Below are positions 21,099-33,261 of a stretch of 64,000 bases of DNA, piece after piece (the first letter of the stretch is position 1; each line of letters starts with the position of its first letter). Location: NCBI GenBank assembly GCA_965198225.1, contig CBDAOY010000009.1, positions 320,001-384,000 on the forward strand, in the 5' to 3' direction. This DNA comes from Terriglobia bacterium. GTDB lineage: Bacteria > Acidobacteriota > Terriglobia > 20CM-2-55-15. A program made the translations under genes and the position numbers. Below the pieces are notes generated by a model that made no database searches, was not told the origin of the DNA, and worked only from the letters and a program-made list of their open reading frames with translations.

Positions 21099-21128
21099 CT
21101 TATACCAACCGATTCCGAGGCCTGTCAA
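21099..21128 (-). promoter_or_regulatory. Sigma70-like promoter upstream of tonB
   Basis: Minus strand TTGACA-N18-TATAAG. Confidence 0.6.
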
Positions 21129-21131
21129 CTA

Positions 21132-22124
21132 CTAATACCCCGCGTGATTAGCCTCTTTTGATCCCTTCGCGCGAGCCGACCGCGGCAGCCTTGTTTGAGC
21201 CATCTCCCGGGCTCGCCCCCTATCCCGATAGTTTGTGTAGATCAGTACGGTAGGCGAAGCGATCGCGATGGAAGAATAGGTTCCGATCAAAACCCCCACC
21301 ACGAGCGCGAAGGCAAAATTGTTGATCACTTCCCCACCGAACAGGAACATCGCAAGGGCCGCGACCAGGGTCAATCCAGAAGTCAGGATCGTGCGGCTCA
21401 GGGTCTGGTTGATGCTCCGATTCAGCGTCGTTTCCAAACTATCTCTCCGACTCAGTCTCAAATTCTCCCGAACCCGATCAAAGACCACGATGGTGTCGTT
21501 GACTGAGTAGCCGACCAGGGTCAGCAACGCGGCGATCACCGTCAGATTGATCTCCTTGTTGAAGATCGAGAAAAAACCGAGCGTGATCAAAGTGTCGTGA
21601 AACACCGCGAGGACCGCCCCTGCGCCGTAGATCCACTGGAAGCGGAAGCCGATATAGACCAGGATTCCGGCCAGCGCATACAAGGTCGCGAATACCGCCT
21701 GGCGTCGCAGGTCCGCCCCGACTTTCGGGCCGACGGACTCGGAATTCAAGATCTCGAACTGTCCCTCGAACCCGTCGTTCAGTGCCGCGGTGATGATCTC
21801 GCGCCCGCGCCCCAGGTCCTCTGCCACCAGCTCCTGCGCGACCTGGATCAGGATGTCGTTGTTGCTCCCTCCCCCGGTCAGCTCCTGGATCTGGCTCTGC
21901 GGCGCTCCACCCTCGCGGAGCAACTCCCGGATCCGGTCGATCGGCGGTGGCTCCTGGAACCGCACATAGACAATCGCTCCCCCCTGAAAATCGACACCGT
22001 AGCGGAGCGTTCCCTTTGCAACGATTGAAATCAGGCCGGCAAGCAGCAGTATTGCCGATAACCCGAAGAACAGTCGCCGTTTACTTTGCCAATCAACCTG
22101 AATGTTCCCGAAAAGTTCGACCAT
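21132..22124 (-). CDS. secF: Protein translocase subunit SecF
   Basis: GVDFQGG, VGPKVG, GYSVNDTIVVFDRVRE, GTYSSI. Confidence 0.95.
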   Translation of the reverse strand: MVELFGNIQVDWQSKRRLFFGLSAILLLAGLISIVAKGTLRYGVDFQGGAIVYVRFQEPPPIDRIRELLREGGAPQSQIQELTGGGSNNDILIQVAQELVAEDLGRGREIITAALNDGFEGQFEILNSESVGPKVGADLRRQAVFATLYALAGILVYIGFRFQWIYGAGAVLAVFHDTLITLGFFSIFNKEINLTVIAALLTLVGYSVNDTIVVFDRVRENLRLSRRDSLETTLNRSINQTLSRTILTSGLTLVAALAMFLFGGEVINNFAFALVVGVLIGTYSSIAIASPTVLIYTNYRDRGRAREMAQTRLPRSARAKGSKEANHAGY

Positions 22125-22188
22125 CGAGTCTTACCTAACTGTAGACACCGGGTCCGTCGCGATTGTTCCCGGAATCTGGAATAGTAGC

Positions 22189-23793
22189 CTAAATACTGAG
22201 TGTCGGAACGCGCTCCGCCCTGCCCAGAATCCACTCGAACAGGGTCCGTGAGACGAACACTGCAGTGAATACATTCGCTATGAGACCGATCACCAACGTG
22301 ACGGCAAAGCCCTGGACGGGCCCGGTTCCGAACAGGAACAGCATAATCGCCGAAATCAGAGCCGCCAGGTGGGTGTCGACAATCGTGATGAACACCCGGT
22401 TGAATCCAGTCACCACGGACGAAACCGCCGTCTTACCGGCACGTAGCTCCTCTCTGATTCTCTCGAAGATCAGGATGTTGGAATCGATGCCCACACCGAT
22501 CGTCAGGATGATTCCCGCGATGCCCGGCAGGGTCAGAGCCGCCTCGAAGTACGCCAGCGCACCGAAGAGCAGGACGATGTTCAGGATCATCGCGACGGTG
22601 GCGTTCACGCCGGACATCCGGTAATAGAAAAGCATGAAGAGCACGACCCCGAAGAGTGACACGACTCCGGCCAGAATCCCCTGCCGGATCGAGTCTGCTC
22701 CCAGTGAGGCTCCCACGACCCGCTCCTCGAGATACTCAATCGACGCGGGCAGCGCGCCGGAACGGAGGATAAGCGAGAGGTCCTGGGCCTCCTGCAGCGT
22801 GAACCCGCCCTGGCCTCCTTCGATGATTCCCGAGTCGGTAATCCGGCCGTTGATGCGCGGTGCCGACTGGATACGCCCGTCGAGAACGATCGCCAGAAGC
22901 CGGCCGATGTTTTCCTCGGTCGCGCGACCGAAGCGCTGCGCTCCATCGGCATTCAGGCTGAAACTTACGGCTGGGCGGCCGAAGCTGTCTCTCGAGGGGA
23001 ACGCGTTTCTCATGTCGCGACCCGTGATCGCCGCTATGCGTTCCACCGCGTACCAGGCTTCCCCACCACCCAGCGTCACGTCACCCTCGACTGATTCGAT
23101 CAGCTCGAGGTCTGGCGGCAGCGCGCCGCCGTAGCCGGCGAGGAGAGCCTGCTGATTCGGAAAGGGCCCGGTGTCGACCAGCTTGAGCTCCAGCAGCGCC
23201 GTGGACTGCATGAGGGTCTTCACGCGCGCAGGGTCGTCCACCCCCGGCAGCTGTACCAGGATCTCGTATTCACCCGGGCCACCGTGTTCCTGGATGGTCG
23301 GCTCGGTCACCCCGAACTCGTCGATGCGGTTTCGGATTGTCTGGATCGCCTGGTCGACGGCCTGGTCGCGGAAGATGATCTGGGTAGCGGTCTCGAGCTG
23401 AATCGTGTAGGTGTTGGGTACGTCCCCGGCAGTCGACAATATGTTCCACTCCGGAAACGAGTCGCCGAGGATGCGCCGGAAGTCCGCGTCCCGCGTCGGA
23501 TCGACACCGATCATCAGCATCTGGTCGTCAGCCGGGCGCGACGTCTGCCTGAAGATAATATTGTCTTCTGCGAGGAGATCCTCGAGGCGTTCGATCGCGA
23601 GATCCGTTTCAGCACGAATCGCGTCGTCGGTCACCACGCCCAGCACCAGGTGCGTACCTCCCTTCAGGTCCAGACCCAGGCGGATACTGTCTTGAATGTT
23701 GGCGAGGCTCGGAGGAATACCTAAAACGGGAAGTAAGGCCACCCCGATGACCACGAGGGTCACCACCAAACGATTGCGAATTCTCTTGGACAT
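22189..23793 (-). CDS. secD: Protein translocase subunit SecD
   Basis: LGLDLKGG, LAIVLD, LRSGALP, LTLPGIAG. Confidence 0.95.
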   Translation of the reverse strand: MSKRIRNRLVVTLVVIGVALLPVLGIPPSLANIQDSIRLGLDLKGGTHLVLGVVTDDAIRAETDLAIERLEDLLAEDNIIFRQTSRPADDQMLMIGVDPTRDADFRRILGDSFPEWNILSTAGDVPNTYTIQLETATQIIFRDQAVDQAIQTIRNRIDEFGVTEPTIQEHGGPGEYEILVQLPGVDDPARVKTLMQSTALLELKLVDTGPFPNQQALLAGYGGALPPDLELIESVEGDVTLGGGEAWYAVERIAAITGRDMRNAFPSRDSFGRPAVSFSLNADGAQRFGRATEENIGRLLAIVLDGRIQSAPRINGRITDSGIIEGGQGGFTLQEAQDLSLILRSGALPASIEYLEERVVGASLGADSIRQGILAGVVSLFGVVLFMLFYYRMSGVNATVAMILNIVLLFGALAYFEAALTLPGIAGIILTIGVGIDSNILIFERIREELRAGKTAVSSVVTGFNRVFITIVDTHLAALISAIMLFLFGTGPVQGFAVTLVIGLIANVFTAVFVSRTLFEWILGRAERVPTLSI

Positions 23794-23800
23794 ATAGGAT

Positions 23801-24097
23801 CTACTCTTGCTCGGGCTCCTGCATCGACGCTACAGCGTTGCGCGAGATATCAATCTTGACGTTTTCGGCGATTCTCACCTGAAGCTTGTTTCCTCTCAAG
23901 GCAACGACCGTCCCCATGATCCCCCCGGTCGTGATGACCTTGTCACCAGTCTTCAGGTTGTCGATCATGTCCTGCAGCTTCTTCTGACGACGTCGGGCCG
24001 GCATGAAAACGATGACATAAAAGATGCCGATGATGAAAAGCAGCGGAAGAAAGCCGCCAAGCCCCGGGGACTGGGGCGGCGCCTGTTGAAGGAACAC
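23801..24097 (-). CDS. yajC: Preprotein translocase subunit YajC
   Basis: TM helix, then LKTGDKVITTGGIMG. Confidence 0.93.
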   Translation of the reverse strand: MFLQQAPPQSPGLGGFLPLLFIIGIFYVIVFMPARRRQKKLQDMIDNLKTGDKVITTGGIMGTVVALRGNKLQVRIAENVKIDISRNAVASMQEPEQE

Positions 24098-24129
24098 CTC
24101 GACCTCCGAACGAAAAACGGGCCCAGGTT

Positions 24130-25266
<1,137 letters not shown>

Positions 25267-25370
25267 TCAATTTGTCATTTCTCCGACCGGGAAATCTGAA
25301 ATCTCCAATCTCCAACTCACGATTTCCAATGTGGGAATTTAAGATAGAAAAATCTGCGATCGACCTTCCC

Positions 25371-26339
25371 TCACTCCACAAAGTGGCACGCACCCAACCG
25401 TCCGTCCGACAACCGACGCAGAGGGGGCTCTTCGGTCCGGCATCGATCTTCGACGATCGGACAACGGGTGTGGAAACGGCAGCCCGAGGGCGGGTTGATC
25501 GGGGTCGGCACGTCGCCGTGGAGGATGATACGCTCTCGCTTTCGTCCGGGTTCCGGAAGAGGCACGGCGCTCAGGAGGGCCTTGGTGTAGGGATGACGCG
25601 GCTCGACACAGATCTGTGCGCTGGTTCCGACTTCCACCAGCTTTCCCAGATACATCACGCCGATTCGGTTCGATATATGTTCGATCACGGGAATCCCGTG
25701 GGAGATGAACAGGTAGGTCAAACCCAACTGGTTCTGGAGGTCGGCCAGCAGGTTGATGATCTGGGCCTGGATGGACACGTCGAGCGCGGACACCGGCTCA
25801 TCGGCGACTATCAGTTTCGGCTTCATCGCCAGGGCGCGAGCGATGCCGATTCGCTGGCGCTGCCCTCCGCTGAATTCATGTGGGTAGCGGGTTCCCGCTT
25901 GCGGGTCCAGTCCGACCGTCTCCAGCAATTCCGCCACGCGTCGTTCACGTTCCGACCCGCTCGCAGTACCATGGATGGCGAATGGTTCCCCGACGATCGA
26001 CCGAACAGGCATTCTCGGGTTCAACGAAGCGTAGGGATCCTGGAAGATGATCTGCATGTCTCGGCGGCGACGGCGGAGGTCCCGGGGCCGGAGCGCTCGC
26101 AGATCGGCACCGTCGAACTGGATCTCTCCCGAATCGGGTTCAATCAACCGGAGCACCGCCCGGCCGGTCGTCGTCTTGCCGCAACCCGACTCGCCCACCA
26201 GGCCGAACGTTTCGCCTCGATCGATCGAGAAGCTTACGTCGTCCACCGCCTTGACGTAGTCCGTCGCACGCGACAGCACTCCCCGCCGGATCGGGAAATA
26301 CTTCCGCAGGTCTCGTACTTCCAGCAGTTTCTCAGGCAT
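25371..26339 (-). CDS. Oligopeptide/dipeptide ABC transporter ATP-binding protein (OppF/DppF-like)
   Basis: [17 protein letters not shown]-terminal Cys cluster; likely start MPEKLLEV at 26339 overlapping the upstream gene. Confidence 0.92.
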   Translation of the reverse strand: MPEKLLEVRDLRKYFPIRRGVLSRATDYVKAVDDVSFSIDRGETFGLVGESGCGKTTTGRAVLRLIEPDSGEIQFDGADLRALRPRDLRRRRRDMQIIFQDPYASLNPRMPVRSIVGEPFAIHGTASGSERERRVAELLETVGLDPQAGTRYPHEFSGGQRQRIGIARALAMKPKLIVADEPVSALDVSIQAQIINLLADLQNQLGLTYLFISHGIPVIEHISNRIGVMYLGKLVEVGTSAQICVEPRHPYTKALLSAVPLPEPGRKRERIILHGDVPTPINPPSGCRFHTRCPIVEDRCRTEEPPLRRLSDGRLGACHFVE

Positions 26340-27306
26340 GGATGCACCGGACATGGTGGTTGTCGGCGATCGCGTCGAGTGCGATTTCCGACTGCGAGCA
26401 CTCGTCGGTACGTTTTGCGCATCGTGAGGCGAAGGAACAGCCGACCGGCAGGTGCAGCAGGTTTGGGACAACCCCTTCGATGACATCGAGGCGATCCTTC
26501 TTCGCGAGGCTGGACCCCAGTTTGGGAATTGACTGCAGCAGACCCTGGGTGTAGGGATGGCGTGCTTCCCGGAATACCTGCTCCGCCGACCCGATTTCCA
26601 CGATCTTACCGGCGTACATGACGGCCACGGTCTCGGCGACCTCCGCTATCACGCCAAGGTCGTGCGAAATCAGCATCAGAGACAGGTTGTACTCGTCGCG
26701 CAGTTCGTTGAGCAGTTCCAGTATCTGGGCCTGGATCGTGACGTCGAGCGCGGTCGTGGGCTCGTCTGCGATCAACAGGGCAGGCTTACAGACCAGCGCC
26801 ATCGCGATCATCACCCTCTGGCGCATCCCTCCGGAGAGCTGGTGCGGGTAGTCCTTGGCCCGACGCGCCGCATCAGGTATCGCGACGGCCTGCATCGCTT
26901 CGACCGCACGATCCCAGGCTTCTCCCTGAGACACGTTCTCGTGGGCCAGGACCGACTCGGCAATCTGGTACCCGGTCGTCAACACCGGGTTGAGGGCGGT
27001 CATCGGTTCCTGAAAGATCATCGATACCCGATCGCCTCTCCGACGGCGCATGTCGCGTTCGTCGAGTTTGAGGACATCCTCGCCGTCGAGGAGGATCTGA
27101 CCTTCCACGACGCGGCCCGGATGAGCGATCAAGCGGGTGATCGAAAGGGCGGTGACACTCTTGCCCGATCCGCTCTCACCAACCAGACCCATCGTCCCGC
27201 CGCGCTCGATTGAAAACGAAACATCGTCGACCGCTTTGACGATACCTTCCTCGGTAAAGAAGTACGTTTTGAGGTTGCGTACGTCGAGAACGTTGTCGTG
27301 GGCCAT
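26332..27306 (-). CDS. Oligopeptide/dipeptide ABC transporter ATP-binding protein (OppD/DppD-like)
   Basis: [24 protein letters not shown]. Confidence 0.92.
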   Translation of the reverse strand: MAHDNVLDVRNLKTYFFTEEGIVKAVDDVSFSIERGGTMGLVGESGSGKSVTALSITRLIAHPGRVVEGQILLDGEDVLKLDERDMRRRRGDRVSMIFQEPMTALNPVLTTGYQIAESVLAHENVSQGEAWDRAVEAMQAVAIPDAARRAKDYPHQLSGGMRQRVMIAMALVCKPALLIADEPTTALDVTIQAQILELLNELRDEYNLSLMLISHDLGVIAEVAETVAVMYAGKIVEIGSAEQVFREARHPYTQGLLQSIPKLGSSLAKKDRLDVIEGVVPNLLHLPVGCSFASRCAKRTDECSQSEIALDAIADNHHVRCIHA

Positions 27307-27308
27307 GA

Positions 27309-28922
27309 CTATACGGTAACCGCCTCCCGGTACTCCCCGAACACCCGGCGAAAGCCGTCTGAGATTTCGCCGACCGTGGCCCGGGCCTGAACGGCCTCGA
27401 GTATGGAAGGCATTAGATTACCGTCGCCCCGGGCGGCTTCCTCCAGTTTCTCGATCGCTCGGACGGCCGCATCTGAGTCGCGTTTGTTTCGGAGGTCTCC
27501 CAGCCTTTCGACCTGGTTCTGCTCCAGCTCCGGGTCGATTCTGTGGATCGGAATTCGCTCCTCGTCGGTAGACTCGTACCGGTTGACCCCGATAATGATT
27601 CGTTCCCCGGCCTCAACGGCACGCTGGTACCGGTAGGCCGCCTCCTGGATTTCCTTCTGTACAAAACCGCTCTCGATGGCGGACAGCATTCCACCAAGTG
27701 AATCGATTTTCTCCAGGTAAGCGAGCGTGTCCCGTTCGAGGCGGTCCGTCAGCGCCTCCAAGGCATAGGATCCGCCGACCGGATCCACCGTATTTGCCAC
27801 TCCCGACTCGTGTGCGATCAACTGTTGGGTACGCAGCGCCAGGCGCGCCGCATCCTCCCGGGGCAGGGCCAGGGCTTCGTCCTTCGAATTCGTGTGGACC
27901 GACTGAGCACCTCCCAGGACGGCGGCCAGGGCCTGGAGCGTGACGCGAACGATGTTGGCATCGGGAAGCTGGGCCGTGAGCGATGACCCGGCTGTCTGCG
28001 CATGGAACCGCATCGCCTGCGAACGTTCATTCCTGGCCCCGAAGCGTTCGCGCGCCAGGCGCGCCCACAGCCGGCGCGCGGCTCGGAACTTGGCGATCTC
28101 TTCGAGGAAGTCGCTGTGGGCGTTGAAGAAGAAAGACAGGCGTGGCGCAAAGGTGTCGATATCCATCCCGCGCGCGAGCGCGGCCTCTACGTAAGCGATC
28201 GCGTTGCCGAGTGTAAAGGCCAACTCCTGGACCGCAGTCGATCCGGCTTCCCGGATGTGGTAGCCGCTGATGGAAATCGTGTTCCAGTTCGGCACCTCAC
28301 GCCGGCAGTACTCGAAGACATCGGTAATCAGCCGGAGGGACGGCTTCGCCGGGTAGATATAAGTGCCGCGGGCGATGTACTCCTTCAGGATGTCGTTCTG
28401 CACCGTACCTCGAAGTCGGTCGGCGCTGATGCCGCGGCGTGCCGCGACGGCAACGTAAAGAGCCAGCAGAATCGGAGCGGTCGCGTTGATAGTCATCGAC
28501 GTCGAGACGCGCTCCAGGGGGATGCCGTCGAGCAGGACCTCCATGTCGTCGATCGAATCGATCGCGACACCGACTTTCCCGACCTCGCCGCGGGCAAGCT
28601 CGTTGTCGGAATCCAGCCCGATCTGCGTCGGCAGGTCGAAAGCCACCGACAGGCCCGTCTGTCCGTTGTCGAGGAGATACTTGAACCGCGCGTTTGTTTC
28701 GGCCGCCGAACCGAAGCCCGCGTATTGCCGCATCGTCCACAGTTTCCCGCGGTACATCGTGTCGCGGATGCCGCGCGTGTAGGGATAGGAGCCGGGGCTG
28801 CCGAGCTTGTCCCGGTAGTCGCCCTCACCTCCCTCCGAGCGTAGGTAAACCCGGTCCAGCTCGATGCCTGAAAGCGTCTCAAAACGCTCCCTTCCCTGGT
28901 CAGTCTTGCGATCGGAGCCCAT
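27309..28922 (-). CDS. Methylmalonyl-CoA mutase family large (substrate-binding) subunit
   Basis: [29 protein letters not shown]; no cobalamin-binding domain; start placed at ATG 28922. Confidence 0.9.
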   Translation of the reverse strand: MGSDRKTDQGRERFETLSGIELDRVYLRSEGGEGDYRDKLGSPGSYPYTRGIRDTMYRGKLWTMRQYAGFGSAAETNARFKYLLDNGQTGLSVAFDLPTQIGLDSDNELARGEVGKVGVAIDSIDDMEVLLDGIPLERVSTSMTINATAPILLALYVAVAARRGISADRLRGTVQNDILKEYIARGTYIYPAKPSLRLITDVFEYCRREVPNWNTISISGYHIREAGSTAVQELAFTLGNAIAYVEAALARGMDIDTFAPRLSFFFNAHSDFLEEIAKFRAARRLWARLARERFGARNERSQAMRFHAQTAGSSLTAQLPDANIVRVTLQALAAVLGGAQSVHTNSKDEALALPREDAARLALRTQQLIAHESGVANTVDPVGGSYALEALTDRLERDTLAYLEKIDSLGGMLSAIESGFVQKEIQEAAYRYQRAVEAGERIIIGVNRYESTDEERIPIHRIDPELEQNQVERLGDLRNKRDSDAAVRAIEKLEEAARGDGNLMPSILEAVQARATVGEISDGFRRVFGEYREAVTV

Positions 28923-29324
28923 GGCTACATAAGCGTAGCAAGTCAGTAGTCGGTTGTCAGTAGTCACTAGCCGGTTGGGGAAGTGACGGGTGACGATTGA
29001 CAAGTCGACCGGCCTTGCCTGCAATTTTTTCTGCGATCCGAAACCGTTGTCCGAACGACTTCAAGAAAGAGCCGCAGAGTCTGAAGATCCAAAGTCTTTC
29101 TCTGCGTCTTTGCGTCAAGAAAGCGTGTCGGCCGGCGCAAAGCGAGCCACCGGACTCTCCAGCGGTACGCCCACCAGGCCTTGTCCACCAAAACGAAAGG
29201 AGACAAATAATGGTGCGGTGAGGCGGAGGAGCAGAAGCGCATCCGGGAGTGGGATTAGGTGGGCTTCACTCTTGCCGGACGTTTCCGGCGTTTTTCTGCG
29301 GGTGCTTTTCGTTCGATCGTCGCG

Positions 29325-29939
29325 CTAGGCGAATCGGGGCTGACTGCGGTGGACGCAGAACAGTGTCACCTGGCCTTCAGGGAGATCCATCGACAGATGG
29401 TAGGTGTCCTGGGGCACTCCGTCGAACGAAAACTCGCCGACGGGGTTCGTCTGTGTCTTGAACCGAACCAACCCGTGGGACTCCAGGCGGACCGGCGTGT
29501 TTTCGAAGAAGTCTGTCGACTCCGACACAACCTGCCCGGCCAAAGAAATGCGATCGTCCTTTTCCGGTTCGATCCGGACATCGACGTCGACATCGCCGGC
29601 CTTGAACAGCAGCTGCCGGGGGACGCTGCCCACGTGCCGGATACCGGCCGGAAGCGGTTGCTCGAAGCTGTCGAAGACCAGGGTTCCAAAGATGCGCCGC
29701 ACGGCGCTTTCGTGCGGACGGAGTACAGGCTGGAACAGCTCCACGCTCCACTCAAGGAGATGGGCGGGAGGCTCGTTGGCGGCATCCTCCTGCAGGAAAC
29801 CAGTCAATTCCTGAAATTCCCGCACCTTACTTTCGCACCGGCTGCATGAAGCAAGGTGTTGCTGTAGTGCGTCGCGGTTCTCCGTATCTGCTTTGTTTTC
29901 TACAAAATCAAGAATGGCTTGTGTGGTTGGATGTCGCAT
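29325..29939 (-). CDS. Putative zinc-finger (HxxxCxxC) anti-sigma factor
   Basis: HLASCSRC near the N-terminus; directly downstream of an ECF sigma factor. Confidence 0.75.
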   Translation of the reverse strand: MRHPTTQAILDFVENKADTENRDALQQHLASCSRCESKVREFQELTGFLQEDAANEPPAHLLEWSVELFQPVLRPHESAVRRIFGTLVFDSFEQPLPAGIRHVGSVPRQLLFKAGDVDVDVRIEPEKDDRISLAGQVVSESTDFFENTPVRLESHGLVRFKTQTNPVGEFSFDGVPQDTYHLSMDLPEGQVTLFCVHRSQPRFA

Positions 29940-30084
29940 CGTCGTCTCCGTGTTGCGTCCGTGCTATTCTCAACGCATTCCCCTGCGCTGTATACGCTTA
30001 TATACTAGGAGAGCCCTGGAGGCCGCTCAAAATACACGAAACTGCACCCCATCCCCCGCCGAGCGCTTGTTTTCAATCAGATCC

Positions 30085-30654
30085 TCATTGGATCCCCCGC
30101 CTGCGCAGAAGGGTCCGAAGCTTGTCGAAACATCGGGCCCGCGTGGGCCCGATGCTGGGCACGGGCATCTCGAGCCTCTCGCTGATTTGCTCATAGGTCG
30201 GGCTCGTGGGGTCGTAATAAAGGAGCTCCAAGAGCCGGCGGCACCGCTCCGGCAGATCCTGCATCGTTTCGCGAATCTTCTGCTGCTGATCCGAGTCGAC
30301 CTGGATCGCCTCGATGTCCTCGCCCGGGTCCGGCGTCTCTTCCATTCCTTCCTCGTCGCCGACGCTCCTCTGCGTCAACGACTTGAGTTGGATACAATGT
30401 CGCGTTGTCGTCGTGATGAGCCAGGCGCTGACCTTCGACTCATCCTTGAGGTTGGCAAGGTTTTCGAGCAGCTTCACGACGACCGTCTGGAAGACGTCCT
30501 CGCAATCCGCCTGGGGAAAGCGGAACTTGTTGGGGATCGAGAAAATAAGGCGACGGTAACGCGCGATCAGCGTTTCCCACGCTTCGGAATCGCCCTCCAG
30601 GCACAGCGAAACCAACTCGGGGTCGGTTTTTTTCTGGTAGCGGGAAGCCTTCAC
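30085..30654 (-). CDS. ECF-type sigma-70 factor
   Basis: D.ELV..CL.GD..AW, EDVFQ, LPERCR.LL, SIGPTRARC. Confidence 0.9.
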   Translation of the reverse strand: MKASRYQKKTDPELVSLCLEGDSEAWETLIARYRRLIFSIPNKFRFPQADCEDVFQTVVVKLLENLANLKDESKVSAWLITTTTRHCIQLKSLTQRSVGDEEGMEETPDPGEDIEAIQVDSDQQQKIRETMQDLPERCRRLLELLYYDPTSPTYEQISERLEMPVPSIGPTRARCFDKLRTLLRRRGIQ

Positions 30655-30902
30655 CTCTGAATCTTCCTCGCCTTCCAGAAACTGTGCAGTCCGAACCCAA
30701 GCATCGAGACTGAAAAGACGACCGCCAGGCCGAGACGCCAGAACCCCTGTTCCGGATCATTCCCGTAAAGTTGGTACTCCTGTACGATGCTGGTTACCCC
30801 GAGGATGAACAACGCGAGGAAAAACGCACCGAGGACCTCGAGCGCGAGCGTATGGGCGACGCGGAATGCGTCTCTGAATGCTGTTCTGAATCTCCCGGCC
30901 AT
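30651..30902 (-). CDS. Small two-TM membrane protein
   Basis: Two hydrophobic helices; stop overlaps the sigma factor start. Confidence 0.6.
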   Translation of the reverse strand: MAGRFRTAFRDAFRVAHTLALEVLGAFFLALFILGVTSIVQEYQLYGNDPEQGFWRLGLAVVFSVSMLGFGLHSFWKARKIQR

Positions 30903-31196
30903 TCGAACGGGTGTCCTTCCCCGTCGCGCTCACCAGCGGTCGCAACGTCTGTCGGTGTCGGTTCGATTTCCCAGCGGGCCAGTCGCGCCAGGGGTTTTCA
31001 CCCCCAGACCGAATCGCCTTCTTTCAATTGTGCCGGAAAAGAGCGGCGAACGGAAAATCGGACATCGCCTTAAGAGGGCTATTTGCTGCAAGAAAAGGCG
31101 GTTTCTGCCCGTGCTTGACACCCCGCAGAATAAGTGCGATAAGTGCGTAGGCTACCTCAAACACATCGAATTGACCACCAGGGTCGGGGGAAAGCG

Positions 31197-31449
31197 TTGG
31201 AGTTGGACGACAATCTGAAGAGGCTGATGAAAGATCTGGGTGCTGCGATCAACGACGCGCTCTCGGATTCGGAAGAAATCAGCGAGGCGATCCAGAACGT
31301 TCGCGACTCCGGCTATGATGTTTTCCTGGTCCTGGAAGCCACGATCGGCTTCAACAGGCGCTCCGAAGGTGGATCGGACGGGGAGGAGGAAACGCCGGAA
31401 GTTTTTGAAGTCGCTCAAGATCAAGGTCGACGATCTGGACCAGCAGTAG
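31197..31449 (+). pseudogene. Small hypothetical protein with apparent frameshift or deletion near 31395
   Basis: LDDNLKRLMKDLG..INDALS..YDVFLVLEATIGFN in one frame; plausible C-terminus RKFLKSLKIKVDDLDQQ* in another; TTGACA upstream at about 31115. Confidence 0.55.
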
Positions 31450-32449
31450 CCCACATCTGTTCGGCAACTTCGATAACCTCCCCGACTTCGATATCCTCGA
31501 CGGAATCTTTTCTGATGTAGCGGTCGCCCCTGCCTACAGGCCGGTAGTGGAGCGGAAGGCTCAAGCTGAAGATGCCCAGCGTCGGCACGCCCATTGCCGA
31601 TCCGATGTGCATCGGGCCAGTGTCATTGCTGATCATCAGGTTGGCGCACGCTATCGTTCCTGCCAGTTCTGCGATACTGAGCCCGGTCATTATTAGAACC
31701 GACCCTGGCAGGCGAACAAGCTGTCGGGTTTCCTCCGCGATTCTCTCCTCGGCCTCCGAGGCGCCGGCAAGAATCAAGACCCTCGCCCTCCAGTTTGCCG
31801 TCGCGTGGTCAGCCACCGCTGCAAAACTGGCCGAAGGCCAACGCCGGTCGATTACCGATGCCCCAACGTAGAGGACCACCTTTGCAGTCGACTTCCCGAC
31901 GAGCGCCTCGACTCGGGAGCGTACATCCGGGGGGATCTCGAGCATAGGCGGGCGGGAGGAGGGGGGAGCAAGAGTTCCAGGCAAGTTGCCGACAACCCGC
32001 TCGAACATCTGGGAAACGTGAATGCCCTTGTCTTCGAGCGCCGGCGGCAGGTTGAAACAGAAGGACAGATACGCCCGATCGGACCGCTTCATGCCCATCC
32101 GGTGTCGGGCCCCGGACGCCCAGCTCAGCAGATTGGTCTCGCGAAAACTGTGGAAATCCACAACGAGGTCAAAGCCCCTGGCCCGCACGTCACGAACAAG
32201 CCGCCGGATGTCTCCGAGTGCGCGGAAGACGGGACCGTCCCGCATCGCCAGTCGGTCCACCGACAGCACCGCGTCCAGGTGCGGACACAGCCGCGCAAGC
32301 GGAGCACACCGACTACCGGTCATTAGAGAAAGTCGGGCTTCCGGAAAGGAGGCTTTCAGGCGCGCAAGGGCGGGCAACAGCAGCGCGACGTCTCCGAGCC
32401 GCGCAAATCGGATGGCCAGGATCTCGCCGATACCCCGGAGCTCGGTCAC
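31421..32449 (-). CDS. Glycosyltransferase family 9 (heptosyltransferase-like)
   Basis: ILAIRFARLGDV, RRWP, ISNDTGPMHI. Confidence 0.9.
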   Translation of the reverse strand: MTELRGIGEILAIRFARLGDVALLLPALARLKASFPEARLSLMTGSRCAPLARLCPHLDAVLSVDRLAMRDGPVFRALGDIRRLVRDVRARGFDLVVDFHSFRETNLLSWASGARHRMGMKRSDRAYLSFCFNLPPALEDKGIHVSQMFERVVGNLPGTLAPPSSRPPMLEIPPDVRSRVEALVGKSTAKVVLYVGASVIDRRWPSASFAAVADHATANWRARVLILAGASEAEERIAEETRQLVRLPGSVLIMTGLSIAELAGTIACANLMISNDTGPMHIGSAMGVPTLGIFSLSLPLHYRPVGRGDRYIRKDSVEDIEVGEVIEVAEQMWATAGPDRRP

Positions 32450-33072
32450 GGAACGATCAGCCCGCTGCCTTCTTCCTGCTTCTCCGCCGGCACCATCGTC
32501 GCGAGCCAGTCCAGGTACTTCCGACTCTTCGGCCGGCCGCTTGAATGGAACTCGGCGGTTGAGATCATAAAGTCGACCACCTCCAGCGCCTCGGATATTT
32601 TGAGCGATGTCCCGTCCTCCTGGGCCGCCATCAGCTGGTCACAAGCGGTCTTCATCCGATCAAAGAGGGCGGTTGCGAGGACGTTGTTTTCGGGCGTCGT
32701 CTCGTAATAGAGGCCACTCGAGAGGGTATTCAAAGTTGACTTCAGGGACTGAAAGGCTTCGGCAGCATCCTGATCGACGACGTTCGGAATCCGGCTCCTC
32801 TCCTCGACGATCACGCGCGCGAGCGTCGCGATCACCGGAGCGTGCCGGTAGAGAAACTGTTCGTCGAACTTCCGGCCCGCCCGTGGGGCCCGACGAGCGG
32901 AGCGCCGCTCCGATTCGAATGTACGGCCCGTCTGGAGATAGGTGCAATCACTCGGGCAGTCGATCTCGACTTCGCGCTTCGTTCCGCAGCAGACCGGACA
33001 GATCTTGGTCGCCTTCGCGGGACAGTGACGCTTCGCAGCCCGGGTGTTGCAAAGAGGACACTTAGCGGCCAT
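32446..33072 (-). CDS. Hypothetical protein with Cys-rich N-terminus
   Basis: CPLC..RHCPA..ICPVCCG..IDCP.DC; translationally coupled to the GT9 gene. Confidence 0.75.
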   Translation of the reverse strand: MAAKCPLCNTRAAKRHCPAKATKICPVCCGTKREVEIDCPSDCTYLQTGRTFESERRSARRAPRAGRKFDEQFLYRHAPVIATLARVIVEERSRIPNVVDQDAAEAFQSLKSTLNTLSSGLYYETTPENNVLATALFDRMKTACDQLMAAQEDGTSLKISEALEVVDFMISTAEFHSSGRPKSRKYLDWLATMVPAEKQEEGSGLIVP

Positions 33073-33261
33073 CAGTGGCGCAGTATAGCATACGGTTTTC
33101 GACCCGGTTCAGGCCTCTAGTGGCCTGTAACAGATGACTCAGGCCGCCCGCTTACAGGTTATGTTTCGAGTTTCTGCAAAAAGGGGTCCTGAAATAGGAA
33201 GGGGCCAGGGTATCTCCGAAAAGTTGGTAACCAACAACTTTGAAACGAAGGAGATGAACCG

